IMG/VR virus record: IMGVR_UViG_3300026983_000028
Span: 1 to 30,091 of that record
Source: a virus
Taxonomy: Duplodnaviria; Caudoviricetes
Direction: 5' to 3' (one strand)
Length of the DNA stretch: 30,091 nucleotides
The position numbers were made by a program, and so were the translations under genes. Below are positions 9,836-18,709 of this stretch, piece by piece. Position 1 is the first letter of the stretch. Every line of letters begins with the position of its first letter. The notes below the pieces were generated by a model that saw only the letters and a list, made by a program, of their open reading frames with translations, was not told where the DNA came from and did not search any database.

Positions 9836-11169
9836 GGACGCAAGTAGCAGTTGCAGCCAACAACGAGCCGTTCTGGATCGCGGATGGCATTGCCAATAAC
9901 GCTGAACTGCTTATTGGCGGTCAGCCTATGTTCGATGTTTCGAATGTGGTGGTTGCCAATGTCTATCAGAATAACTGGCAAGGTAATATTGCATTAGCAA
10001 CTTACCCGCGCGTGAACCAATTGAAGTATTCACAGGACTTCACGCAGAGCGCATGGAGCAAAGTAGCCGGCGGAACGGGTACAGCCCCAGTTGTAACCGC
10101 TAACTATGCGTCTGCACCAGATGGTAGCACCACTGCTGACCGCGTTGTGTTTAGTCGAGGCGGTGGCACAACTATCAATGACCTAAGCCAACTAGAGCAA
10201 GTTATGGTTACTGTGGCTAACGCCCAGTACAGCCAAGGTATTTGGATGCGGTCTACCGATGGCGCGTCTACTTATCAGTTGGCATTGTCGTATGGAGGCC
10301 AGAATTCAGTACTGTGCACTATCACGGGAACGTGGCAATGGTTTGAAAACATAGCCATCGCTAGCGATGCAGCCAGAAGTTTCCGCCTTGGCACAATGCA
10401 GACGACGGGGAGCGCATCCGCGGATGTGTTGCTATGGGGAGGCAACCGTTGCCCACAGCAACAACGTGCGCGCATTTACATACCGACGTTGGGGAGTGCC
10501 GTTACACAAACTGATTACAGCGTACAGGATGATGAAATTACTTGGGGCTATCTGCCCAACCAAGGTGCATCATTTACTTGGTCTGGTAGTGCCGATGTTA
10601 TGCAGTTGGATATGACCCCGGTTACGCTGGCACAGTACGCCAACAGCCCCATCATCGATGCGCTGCTGGACTACATGAACCAATGGATAGACCCCGCTGT
10701 CGATGTAGACAACTTCTACAACTACGTGTGGAACGTTTACACAGCGCAGGGGTTTGGCCTGGACATATGGGGGCGCATCGTTGGAGCGCCGCGCACTATC
10801 GTGCTATCGGACCCACTACTTTACTTTGGTTTCAACGAAGGCAATCCAAGCTGGTATCCGTTCAACAACGAGCCATTCTACAATGGTCCAGTGCATGGCC
10901 AGCAGTACACACTCAACGATGACTCGTTCCGTTTATTCATCCTAACCAAAGCCTTAGCCAATATCAGCAACTTCACTGCTCCGAACATAAATGCGTTGCT
11001 ATCTTTCATGTTCCCTAATCGCGGCAGCTGCTATGTGTTAGAAACAGGTTCTATGCAATTGCAATACAAGTTCAATTTTACCCTACAACCATGGGAGCTG
11101 TCCGTGCTGGCGCAGCCTGCCCTAATGCCCCGGCCAGCTGGCGTCGGTATCACTATCGTTCATCCGTAA
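9832..11169 (+). CDS. Baseplate wedge protein (DUF2612-like C-terminal domain) with an extra N-terminal domain
   Basis: The C-terminal ~185 aa has QYANSP, VWNVYTAQGFGLDIWGRIVG, L.DD.FR..I..KA.ANI and PRPAGV. It is preceded by ~255 aa of beta-rich sequence. Confidence 0.8.
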   Translation: MRTQVAVAANNEPFWIADGIANNAELLIGGQPMFDVSNVVVANVYQNNWQGNIALATYPRVNQLKYSQDFTQSAWSKVAGGTGTAPVVTANYASAPDGSTTADRVVFSRGGGTTINDLSQLEQVMVTVANAQYSQGIWMRSTDGASTYQLALSYGGQNSVLCTITGTWQWFENIAIASDAARSFRLGTMQTTGSASADVLLWGGNRCPQQQRARIYIPTLGSAVTQTDYSVQDDEITWGYLPNQGASFTWSGSADVMQLDMTPVTLAQYANSPIIDALLDYMNQWIDPAVDVDNFYNYVWNVYTAQGFGLDIWGRIVGAPRTIVLSDPLLYFGFNEGNPSWYPFNNEPFYNGPVHGQQYTLNDDSFRLFILTKALANISNFTAPNINALLSFMFPNRGSCYVLETGSMQLQYKFNFTLQPWELSVLAQPALMPRPAGVGITIVHP

Positions 11170-11181
11170 GGGCCAAACGAC

Positions 11182-13116
11182 ATGCAGAAGAGTAACGCAC
11201 CAGTCCAGTTCACCGTGCCGTTTGCCAATGGCGCAACGTCTCCGTATCGCAACGTCATTCCCATTGCTGCCAGTGGCACGCCGGGCATCGCCTCGTACAC
11301 CACCGGCTTCCCGCCTATCACCATGCAACCGGTAGGCAGCGGAGGCATCCCGCCGTACGGCGCAGATATGAATGGCATTCTGTACGCCAGTACACTAGCC
11401 CAACTGTGGGCACAGGCTGGCTATGTCTACAACTACAGCAGCAGCGTGTCCACAGCGCTGGGTGGTTACCCGGCGCAGGCGGCGCAGGCCATGGCAAGCG
11501 GCCTAGGTCTATGGCTCAGCACGCAGGACAACAACACCACTAACCCGGATGCCACGGGCGCTACCGGCTGGCTGGCGCTGTATGGCAATGCTGGCAAAAC
11601 CACCATGAACGTGACGGGCGGTACATTCACGCCAGATCCATCTGTGTTGGGCGTGCCGCTGATGGTGCTCACTGGCACGCTGACCAGCAACCTGAATTTG
11701 GTGTTGCCGCTTACAGCTGGCGCGAGCTGGAAGATTCTTAACAGCACTAGCGGTAGCTTTGCCGTAAACGCAGGCGGCAGCACCGGCAGCGTGGTTGCTA
11801 TTGCGCAGGGCCAGCTTATTGAAGTTACGTGCGATGGCACGAACTACAATGCTGGCAGTGTGCCGGGCGGTCCTTTCCTGCCGCTAACTGGTACGGCAGT
11901 GGCAGCCACCAAACTCGCCACAGCACGTACCCTCGCCATGACTGGTCCAGTGACGTGGAGCGTCAGCTTTGACGGCAGCACCAACGTTAGTGGTGCTGCC
12001 GCCATTGCAGCTGGTGCCGTAACGCTTGCCATGATGGCAAACCTGACGGCTAATACGTTGCTTGGCAATCCCACAGGCTCGGCCGCAACGCCGGTTGCCG
12101 TCCCATTGGTCAACGGTCTGATCTTCACCTCCGGTTCGCTGGGCCTGGGCAACATCACGCCGAACACGGTGGCAACGGGGGTGACGACGGTCACTACTAC
12201 GGGACCTAGCGGTTTGACGGTTTCGTCCAGCTCCACGAACTCTTCGACCATTCAAATTGCCAATACGGCGTCAGGAGGTCGCACCTACAGCATCGGCTCG
12301 TTCAACTCGACTGGGGCGGGGTTCACCGCGCTGGGCTTCTGGGACAACACTGCGGGGGCGCTTCTCGGCAGCTGGGTGACTTCGGGTTTCACCGTTGCTG
12401 GATCTGTGACATTCAGCGGGGTCGTGCAGTCCAGCACCACTACCTGCATCCTGGCGCCTAATGGCGCTGGTGCCATCTACCTGCGCCCACAGGGTTCAGG
12501 TAGCTCCACGGGGCAGCTGTTCATCGACAGCAGTGGCAACACTACCGTCGCCGGCACGCTGAACGTGAACAGCAGTATCACGGCCAGCGGAAACCTCAAT
12601 GCCGCGGGCGCGTTGTTTACGGCTAGCGGCTCTGAATGCGATGTGCATATCAACTACGGCGGTAGTGGGGCGTTTGGCTACTACCTCTCCACCAACAGCA
12701 CCGGCTTCGGCATCAACATCAAGAACGGCAGTGGTTCATACGCCGCCAGCCCGCTAACTATCAACACCAGCAGCGGGCAGGTGAACGTCAACACGCAGCT
12801 CAACGTCTCGGGCAACATCAACAAGACGTCCGATCTGACGCTCAAAGATGTCATCGACTACCCAGAGCCGCGCCAGCTCGCCGAAGTAGGTTTGGTCCGC
12901 TACCGGTTTCTGGAAGACCCCACCGGACAGGTCTATGTTGGATTGCCGGCGCAGGGCATTCAGGAGATCGCGCCTGAGCATGTCGGCGTGCACCCCGATA
13001 CGGGTAAGCTGAATATGGACTATTCATCGGTGGCGGTTGAACAATCGTGGCGTAACGCGGCGGATATCCGGCAGCTGCGCGCCGAATTCGAAGCACTCAA
13101 GCAGCGGGGGCACTGA
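11182..13116 (+). CDS. Tail fibre with C-terminal intramolecular chaperone (peptidase S74-like)
   Basis: Anchor motif ASYTTGFPPITM.P...GG.PP.G.DMNGIL and fibre repeat ATKLATART...FDGSTNV. G/S/T-rich shaft. C-terminus has SDLTLK...G..AQ.IQEI.PE.V...DY and a coiled-coil end. Confidence 0.85.
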   Translation: MQKSNAPVQFTVPFANGATSPYRNVIPIAASGTPGIASYTTGFPPITMQPVGSGGIPPYGADMNGILYASTLAQLWAQAGYVYNYSSSVSTALGGYPAQAAQAMASGLGLWLSTQDNNTTNPDATGATGWLALYGNAGKTTMNVTGGTFTPDPSVLGVPLMVLTGTLTSNLNLVLPLTAGASWKILNSTSGSFAVNAGGSTGSVVAIAQGQLIEVTCDGTNYNAGSVPGGPFLPLTGTAVAATKLATARTLAMTGPVTWSVSFDGSTNVSGAAAIAAGAVTLAMMANLTANTLLGNPTGSAATPVAVPLVNGLIFTSGSLGLGNITPNTVATGVTTVTTTGPSGLTVSSSSTNSSTIQIANTASGGRTYSIGSFNSTGAGFTALGFWDNTAGALLGSWVTSGFTVAGSVTFSGVVQSSTTTCILAPNGAGAIYLRPQGSGSSTGQLFIDSSGNTTVAGTLNVNSSITASGNLNAAGALFTASGSECDVHINYGGSGAFGYYLSTNSTGFGINIKNGSGSYAASPLTINTSSGQVNVNTQLNVSGNINKTSDLTLKDVIDYPEPRQLAEVGLVRYRFLEDPTGQVYVGLPAQGIQEIAPEHVGVHPDTGKLNMDYSSVAVEQSWRNAADIRQLRAEFEALKQRGH

Positions 13117-13118
13117 TC

Positions 13119-13778
13119 ATGGCCGTGGTCACGGGTTATCAGATCAACGGCATCGACATCGGCTCCTACTTCGGAGCCAAGGGTGCAAGCACGGCGGCGT
13201 CTACAGGCCTTATCTCCGGGGGGCAGGATCTCAATGCCCTGCTGCTGGCCCGCGCCGACGGCGTGGACATTGGCTTCAACACGGGCATCCTTGCGGGCGG
13301 TACCGACTTGCGCAGCATCTTCGGTGCGCCTGCTGGCAACACGCCGCTGCCGATCAACGGCAACACCTACCAGCACGCTTACACCATCCCAGCGGGTAAC
13401 AGCGGCTCTTCGACCATCGGCTTCCGCATCGTGTCTGGCACGACGTGGCAGGTGTATTGGGCAGACCCAACGTCAACCGCAACCGTGCTAGCTTCGGGCA
13501 CGGTGCCGGGCGGCGCCACGACCGTGAAGTATACCTGGGGCAGCTACAGTATCCCGTTCGGCGACGCCGACAGTGGCGGCGCAACGACCAATGGCGCGGC
13601 GTCCGCTACGGCTATCTCAGGTAACCCTTCGGCGACCTACCAGACGGCCGGCTGGGGCTCATCATCAGGCTCTAGGGGCCGCTCATACCCCTTCACGATC
13701 GACTTCTACAACTCCAGCTCGGTCGATATATCGACAACCAACATCACCCTAATCGCCGAAACCGACGGCTCGGTATAA
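13119..13778 (+). CDS. Gly/Ser/Thr-rich tail-fibre-associated protein, putative adhesin tip
   Basis: 219 aa starting 2 nt after the fibre stop. Three N-terminal TGxxxGxD[IL] repeats followed by a beta-rich domain. Confidence 0.55.
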   Translation: MAVVTGYQINGIDIGSYFGAKGASTAASTGLISGGQDLNALLLARADGVDIGFNTGILAGGTDLRSIFGAPAGNTPLPINGNTYQHAYTIPAGNSGSSTIGFRIVSGTTWQVYWADPTSTATVLASGTVPGGATTVKYTWGSYSIPFGDADSGGATTNGAASATAISGNPSATYQTAGWGSSSGSRGRSYPFTIDFYNSSSVDISTTNITLIAETDGSV

Positions 13779-13802
13779 AAAAGGGCGCCATGAGGCGCCC
13801 TT
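13777..13802 (-). terminator. Intrinsic terminator at the convergence of the two arms
   Basis: Perfect 9-bp stem AAGGGCGCC-ATGA-GGCGCCCTT (13781-13802). The A-run at 13777-13782 gives a U-tract on the - strand; the + strand tract is weak. Confidence 0.8.
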
Positions 13803-13806
13803 CCAT

Positions 13807-13938
13807 CTACAGCTTTTTGCCCCGGCGTATCTGCAAAGGGCTAGCCCGGTTGTGTACACAGCTATGGTGCGGGTGCCGTAGCCTCCAGTTCGCGTAGGCC
13901 AGCTGCGGCGTGCCGCCCCTGCAATCTGGACAAATCAT
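13807..13938 (-). CDS. Hypothetical 43-aa basic protein with CxxC
   Basis: MICPDCRGG...; the ATG overlaps the immunity gene stop (ATGA) and follows a GGAGG RBS. Confidence 0.45.
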   Translation of the reverse strand: MICPDCRGGTPQLAYANWRLRHPHHSCVHNRASPLQIRRGKKL

Positions 13939-14141
13939 ACAGCGGCCCTCCTGCGGCGGGGTGTCCAGCTTACCGCCAGTATTAGCGCCACCAGCCAGCC
14001 AAGCAGCGTCCAACCTAGCAGCAGGTTGACCACGTACACGGGCCAGCGCTGGCGGTGGTGGCGGTGGTGTGCAATCCAGCTGGGTGCGAAGTACAGGTTG
14101 ATTATGATGAATGCTACGAGATAAAAAGTTGCGTGGTCCAT
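13935..14141 (-). CDS. Superinfection immunity protein (T4 Imm-like)
   Basis: 68 aa with LYFAPSWIA..R.H...VNLLLGWTLLGWLVALI, the Imm_superinfect signature. GGAGG RBS before ATG 14141. Confidence 0.85.
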   Translation of the reverse strand: MDHATFYLVAFIIINLYFAPSWIAHHRHHRQRWPVYVVNLLLGWTLLGWLVALILAVSWTPRRRRAAV

Positions 14142-14143
14142 AA

Positions 14144-14224
14144 CTACCTCCAGTACCAGCAGATAACAGCGATGTGCACTACAGGAGCGCCAACCATAAT
14201 GTTTACTGATGTGCGTAGTCTCAT
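14144..14224 (-). CDS. Small 26-aa hydrophobic peptide (not in ORF track)
   Basis: MRLRTSVNIMVGAPVVHIAVICWYWR*. ATGA overlap with the upstream stop, purine-rich RBS, and it fills the intergenic gap. Confidence 0.4.
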   Translation of the reverse strand: MRLRTSVNIMVGAPVVHIAVICWYWR

Positions 14225-14475
14225 TTCCTACCCTCCACATAGTCCCAGTTAACAGAACCATCGATGTTGCATTGCCATGCATAAACATGGCGATAATCCG
14301 GCCAGCCCTTATCGTGCACCATGCGGCAATACTCCACCGCCTGCTGCTGGGCACTGCGGTCTTCCTCCTGGTGCTGGGCCATGCAAGCTGCAATGGCAAC
14401 AAGGATGCCAAAGGCGAGGCATAGCACCTTGAACAAGATGGTGCTACCGTGGGCTTCTTCGTGGTGGTTGTTCAT
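14221..14475 (-). CDS. Hypothetical membrane-anchored protein (84 aa)
   Basis: N-terminal hydrophobic helix followed by YC.MV..G.WPDY. ATGA overlap with the upstream gene. Confidence 0.65.
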   Translation of the reverse strand: MNNHHEEAHGSTILFKVLCLAFGILVAIAACMAQHQEEDRSAQQQAVEYCRMVHDKGWPDYRHVYAWQCNIDGSVNWDYVEGRK

Positions 14476-14708
14476 ACAAAACCCCCTGCATTGAATGAAC
14501 AATGGGCACATTGATTGGTGGCATCCCAACGGCCTGCGCATTTGGGGCACCATTTCCAATCTTGGGCTAGCCAGATTGGAGTGCGTGGCTTATCTAGTTC
14601 AATTTCAATAAGCCTTGCATGCGTGAGGTCAATATGGGAGCGGTTAAACACTGTTTCGTCGCGCAAGTCATCCGCCAACTTGCGCATATCCTGCCGCAGC
14701 GTAGTCAT
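14472..14708 (-). CDS. Hypothetical protein with C-terminal Zn-ribbon-like motif
   Basis: 78 aa with CPKC...CAHC. ATGA coupling at both ends. Confidence 0.6.
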   Translation of the reverse strand: MTTLRQDMRKLADDLRDETVFNRSHIDLTHARLIEIELDKPRTPIWLAQDWKWCPKCAGRWDATNQCAHCSFNAGGFV

Positions 14709-15052
14709 ATCGCATCCCCCAGCTCAACCAATTCAATGAGCGGCACACCAACTGTGGACACAGCATGGAAGGTCCAGCCCTCCAATTTGTCTGGCTCTTC
14801 GAATGCGGGCGCCTTTACTGGCTTGTCAGCCAACAACTGCAGCACCCGTGCGCGCCACTGGGCATTCTGCATCCAGCGCCAGCCGAAGCGTTCGCCATCG
14901 TTGCGCTTGTGATCGCCGTACGGAAACATGGTTATGTGCCGCTGCTTCTTGCACAAGTAGCACACGGTGCGCACAAACCGCTGTGCATTCATCTCGCCAT
15001 TCTCTGCCTGCTTACGCAGCATGGCCCGTTTCATAAAGTTAGGCTTCCACAT
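14705..15052 (-). CDS. Hypothetical protein (115 aa)
   Basis: Fills the gap after the polymerase gene with short overlaps. Contains CYLC. Confidence 0.55.
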   Translation of the reverse strand: MWKPNFMKRAMLRKQAENGEMNAQRFVRTVCYLCKKQRHITMFPYGDHKRNDGERFGWRWMQNAQWRARVLQLLADKPVKAPAFEEPDKLEGWTFHAVSTVGVPLIELVELGDAI

Positions 15053-17063
15053 GATCGTTCTCCATCAACGTAGAGGGTAATCCGAAATCGCGTAGCAGGT
15101 CGTCTGCTTCCCGCACATACCAGTCCAAGTCCAAGTCTGCAGGTAAGCCCGCAGGCAACTCCATACACGGCACAGCGCCTTCGCTGCGCGGAACCTTGTT
15201 TCCACTGCTGGCATAAATAATCTCCCCAGCTCCGCCCTTGCCATAGTACCAGCGCACCGTCTTGCCAAGGTACTCGCCATTTTTCACTGCACCGCCACGC
15301 ACCGCGCGTACGGTGAGGAAGCGGCGCACATCAGTACAGGCGTGCACTGTGTGGGCTAGTGGCGTGCCCTTCACCAAGTAGGCCTCCACCGCCTGTAGGC
15401 ACACAATGTTGACCGGGTTCTTGTGGAAGCGGAAGATAGCCAATTTGGAGTCATCGTACGCATTAAGATACGCACCCTTGGCCTTCACCTTGCCATCCAT
15501 CTTCACTGCCATGTAGTTGTTGACATCACGGCTGTACATGCTGCGGTATTGCGTTTCTTCTGTCTTGAGCTGCGTAGCCTGCTCCCACCACTTAATCAGC
15601 TCCAAGTACGCCGCATGCCTATCGTTAGGCACATAGCATGTAATGCCATCGGTATTGGCACTAATAACCTCAATGCCGCACAGTTCCATCATTTCGATCA
15701 ACATCAGCACGCATAGCTGCCCACCCACCGTAACTTGCACCATCATGCGTGGTGCGTAAATAATGGACCACGGACTGCCGGTCTTGCCGAACGTGCCGTT
15801 AACCACAATCTTCAAGCTGTCGGCAGCAATGATGTCGCCTGCTTCCTTGGCCGTAAGACGGGCCACTACAATGCCGTTATATACCAGCAGGAAGTCTCGG
15901 CCCAGCTGCTCTGGATACATGCCAAGGTTCAAGATGCGCTTTGGGTAGTAACTAGCAACGTCACGGTCATACAACTTGCCATTGGCATCGCTGTGGCGCA
16001 CCTGTTTTTGCTCTGCGCTGTGCAAGCCACCGATACCCATGCGATAGATCTGCTTGCCAATGGGTACTTGCATGTCTGCCAGAACCTGGGGCGTGCCCAC
16101 CGTGCCGTCCGCACCAATGATGAAGGGCGCCTGGAGTACTTTGGCGTATACCTCTTTCATCAACGGCGTGTGGAATTGCAGGTAAGGCTCATGCTGCAAG
16201 TGGAAGAAGCTGCCCGGCTGTATGTCTGGTTTTTTAATGCGGCCACCGCTGCGGCGGCGCAGTTCAGCGCCAATTACCGCCTCAGCCATTTGCGCGTCGC
16301 TTTTACTGCGCAAATCCAAGCCATACTTGGCACCCAGCTTCTCGCGCAACGTGATCTGTTCTCGCAGTTCGCGAAAACAAATGGCGGTAGCGGTGATGTC
16401 GCCTTGGATGTTGTACCAGCGCACAATAACGCGCTGCGGCTGGGTTAACACTGTGCCCACAGGGAACGGCAGGTCCTGCAGCACCGGGCTATGCAGGCGG
16501 GCGCCATAGGTTTTAAGGCTGGCCTTAAGCGGCGCAATGGGCATTAAGTCCACCTCATTGCGGTCGAGGCGCTTAAGGCCTAACGCATCCATCACATCGT
16601 CCGGCCTTTCTTCAGCAACAATGATGGCGAACGTGGCGTCGTACATTTCCTGCGTGCTGTACCCGGCAATAGCCATGGTAACCATGTAGCTATCGTAATG
16701 GTTGCTATTGAACCCTACGATGTAGCAGTGCGTGAATACGTACTCCAACAGCCCATAGTCCAACTGGCTTTCGTCGCTAAGTTCAAATACCAGCATCTTG
16801 CCAGTAGTGAAGTCAGCGAACGTAACCATGAAGAAGTTGGGGTACACCTCCACGTCGTAGATCATGGGGTGCTGTTGGCGCACAACTACCTGCAACTCCT
16901 GCGGCGACATGATGGCAGGCTTGAACGCTAGTGCACGTTCGTAGTTGGGCAGGTAGTCAGGATGTTCCCACGTACGTTCAGGCGGCGTACGCTTCACCTT
17001 TTCCTTGGTGACTTTGGGCGGTGGGGTATCGTCCCAGAATAGACCGGCTATGTCATTGCGCAT
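15039..17063 (-). CDS. DNA polymerase, family B-like, with 3'-5' exonuclease domain
   Basis: Exonuclease motifs YDVEVY and GFNSNHYD. Polymerase motifs DVASYYP, K...LKIVVNGTFGK and SANTDG. Confidence 0.9.
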   Translation of the reverse strand: MRNDIAGLFWDDTPPPKVTKEKVKRTPPERTWEHPDYLPNYERALAFKPAIMSPQELQVVVRQQHPMIYDVEVYPNFFMVTFADFTTGKMLVFELSDESQLDYGLLEYVFTHCYIVGFNSNHYDSYMVTMAIAGYSTQEMYDATFAIIVAEERPDDVMDALGLKRLDRNEVDLMPIAPLKASLKTYGARLHSPVLQDLPFPVGTVLTQPQRVIVRWYNIQGDITATAICFRELREQITLREKLGAKYGLDLRSKSDAQMAEAVIGAELRRRSGGRIKKPDIQPGSFFHLQHEPYLQFHTPLMKEVYAKVLQAPFIIGADGTVGTPQVLADMQVPIGKQIYRMGIGGLHSAEQKQVRHSDANGKLYDRDVASYYPKRILNLGMYPEQLGRDFLLVYNGIVVARLTAKEAGDIIAADSLKIVVNGTFGKTGSPWSIIYAPRMMVQVTVGGQLCVLMLIEMMELCGIEVISANTDGITCYVPNDRHAAYLELIKWWEQATQLKTEETQYRSMYSRDVNNYMAVKMDGKVKAKGAYLNAYDDSKLAIFRFHKNPVNIVCLQAVEAYLVKGTPLAHTVHACTDVRRFLTVRAVRGGAVKNGEYLGKTVRWYYGKGGAGEIIYASSGNKVPRSEGAVPCMELPAGLPADLDLDWYVREADDLLRDFGLPSTLMENDHVEA

Positions 17064-17113
17064 TGTGTCTTCCTATAGAGGCCATTGCCCGGGCCGTGGC
17101 GGGTGCAACCAGC

Positions 17114-17500
17114 TTACACGCGAAGCACAGGGATGCCGCGCCGTTCAGCGTGAGTTTCCATATGGTAGGTGCCAGTGCCCCCGGGGAAGGACAACACCAT
17201 ATTGGGCCATAGATCCAGCACCCATAGGTTGCGGGTAGGCCCCGCGCTGTCCCCCAGTTCAGCCCACATGGCCCCAATTTCAACGCACGGCACCAACCGG
17301 CTGCGGCACCACGCTTTAGCCAGCGCGTCCGCCCCCTTGGCCCCACCCTGCACCACCATCATATTAGGGATTTGGCGATGCCATTTGTCTAGCACCCCAT
17401 ACACCCGGTGGGTGTCATTGTAGGTGCGACCACCGCACACTGCTATCAAGGGGCGCTGTCTCATGTTACCACTGTTCACGGTAATAATTGCTTCATTCAT
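17114..17500 (-). CDS. SLOG-family protein (DUF2493 / YspA-like)
   Basis: Motifs VCGGR.Y.D, QGGAKGAD.LA..W, AGP.RN and FPGG.GT..M. ATG 17500 overlaps the clamp gene stop. Confidence 0.8.
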   Translation of the reverse strand: MNEAIITVNSGNMRQRPLIAVCGGRTYNDTHRVYGVLDKWHRQIPNMMVVQGGAKGADALAKAWCRSRLVPCVEIGAMWAELGDSAGPTRNLWVLDLWPNMVLSFPGGTGTYHMETHAERRGIPVLRV

Positions 17501-18459
17501 TCTGCCATCCCCACGAACAGGCCACGAATGTTTTCGCCATACCATGTCATAGGCTGCGGCCACGCGCCAATGTCCAGCGTGTGCGCCACGCCAGCCAGCA
17601 GCGTTAGCATCTTGTGGTTAACCACAGCCTGCGGCAGCCCCTTAACCTGCACGTCGGCGCCATCCACCTTGGCTGTATGCATGCCGTCCTCATCCATGTA
17701 CAGGTGGTTGAGGCCATCAACAAACGGCTCCAGCGTATCAATGGCTTCCCAAAAGTCCTGCGTCAACCCGAAGTCCTGTTGATGCCATGGTTGAATCTTG
17801 GCCATGAGGCCGTCGACGTTAGGCCACTCGTGCTGCACAAGGTGACTTTGCAACCAACGGTCGCCTTCGTAGTGGAACACAATGCTGTTGCCGGTAATTT
17901 GAATTACCGTGGGGTTTTCGCCGATACGCAGCAGCTCTTTCACCGTAGCGCGCGGTATGTTGGCGCGGTACGGGAAGTGAAAGCCTATCCAATGCTGGGC
18001 GAAGACCACGTTGTTAGTGGCAACCATATAGTTGCCATCCAGCAGCACACCAGCAGCCCAAGGGCGCGAAGCATCCTCGGCGCTGAAGTCGTACATGATG
18101 CGGAAGGCTTCCAGCAAGTTGCCGTTAACCTGCACATAGTCGCCTTGCGGCACAACGCCGGGGTATAGCTCAGGCGGCAGGCATTCTACGGCAGCCTTGA
18201 ACTTGCCACTGCGCACGGCCAACTTACCGTTAGCAGCCATGTGCAGCTGTGCCGTTTCCTCGCACGTGGCAATGGCCTTAGCAAACGTGTCTGCCTTGGG
18301 GCAGCAATCCAAGTCTAGCGCAATGGGCGCGCTCAAGCTCATCTTACCATCGTAGCCAGTAATGCGACCGTCACGGATTTGGAAGTGGGTTAGAGCAGGG
18401 ACAAAGTCCTTCTTGCTTACCGCACCTTGGACAAACTTCAATGATTGAAGGACATTCAT
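17497..18459 (-). CDS. DNA polymerase sliding clamp (beta-subunit-like)
   Basis: 320 aa from MNVLQSLKFVQGAVSKKDFVPALTHF. Clamp-like repeats (YP, D.SRP...GV, ATN, WP) and position just upstream of the polymerase gene. Confidence 0.75.
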   Translation of the reverse strand: MNVLQSLKFVQGAVSKKDFVPALTHFQIRDGRITGYDGKMSLSAPIALDLDCCPKADTFAKAIATCEETAQLHMAANGKLAVRSGKFKAAVECLPPELYPGVVPQGDYVQVNGNLLEAFRIMYDFSAEDASRPWAAGVLLDGNYMVATNNVVFAQHWIGFHFPYRANIPRATVKELLRIGENPTVIQITGNSIVFHYEGDRWLQSHLVQHEWPNVDGLMAKIQPWHQQDFGLTQDFWEAIDTLEPFVDGLNHLYMDEDGMHTAKVDGADVQVKGLPQAVVNHKMLTLLAGVAHTLDIGAWPQPMTWYGENIRGLFVGMAE

Positions 18460-18709
18460 TGTTAAACCCTTGGTAGTGGCCGAAAAGCACAACGCCTTCG
18501 CCGTGGACGATGACTGGTTTGACTTTGTACAACGCACCTTTGAAACTCTCGCCCAGCCGCGTCTTAGCAGCTGGCCAGCTGGGGCCGACACGCGCAATGC
18601 AACTAACGTATTCTGTCATTGCTTCGGGTGCCAGACCGTTACAAGCAACCATGCCTTTAGCCGGCCCGTCCAACAATTGTATTTCGCTGGGGTAGCCTTG
18701 GAAGATCAT
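18371..18709 (-). CDS. Hypothetical protein (112 aa) coupled to dpdA
   Basis: ATG 18709 overlaps the dpdA stop (ATGA). Starts MIFQGYPSEIQLLDGPAKG. Its 3' end overlaps the clamp gene by 89 nt. Confidence 0.5.
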   Translation of the reverse strand: MIFQGYPSEIQLLDGPAKGMVACNGLAPEAMTEYVSCIARVGPSWPAAKTRLGESFKGALYKVKPVIVHGEGVVLFGHYQGFNNECPSIIEVCPRCGKQEGLCPCSNPLPNP

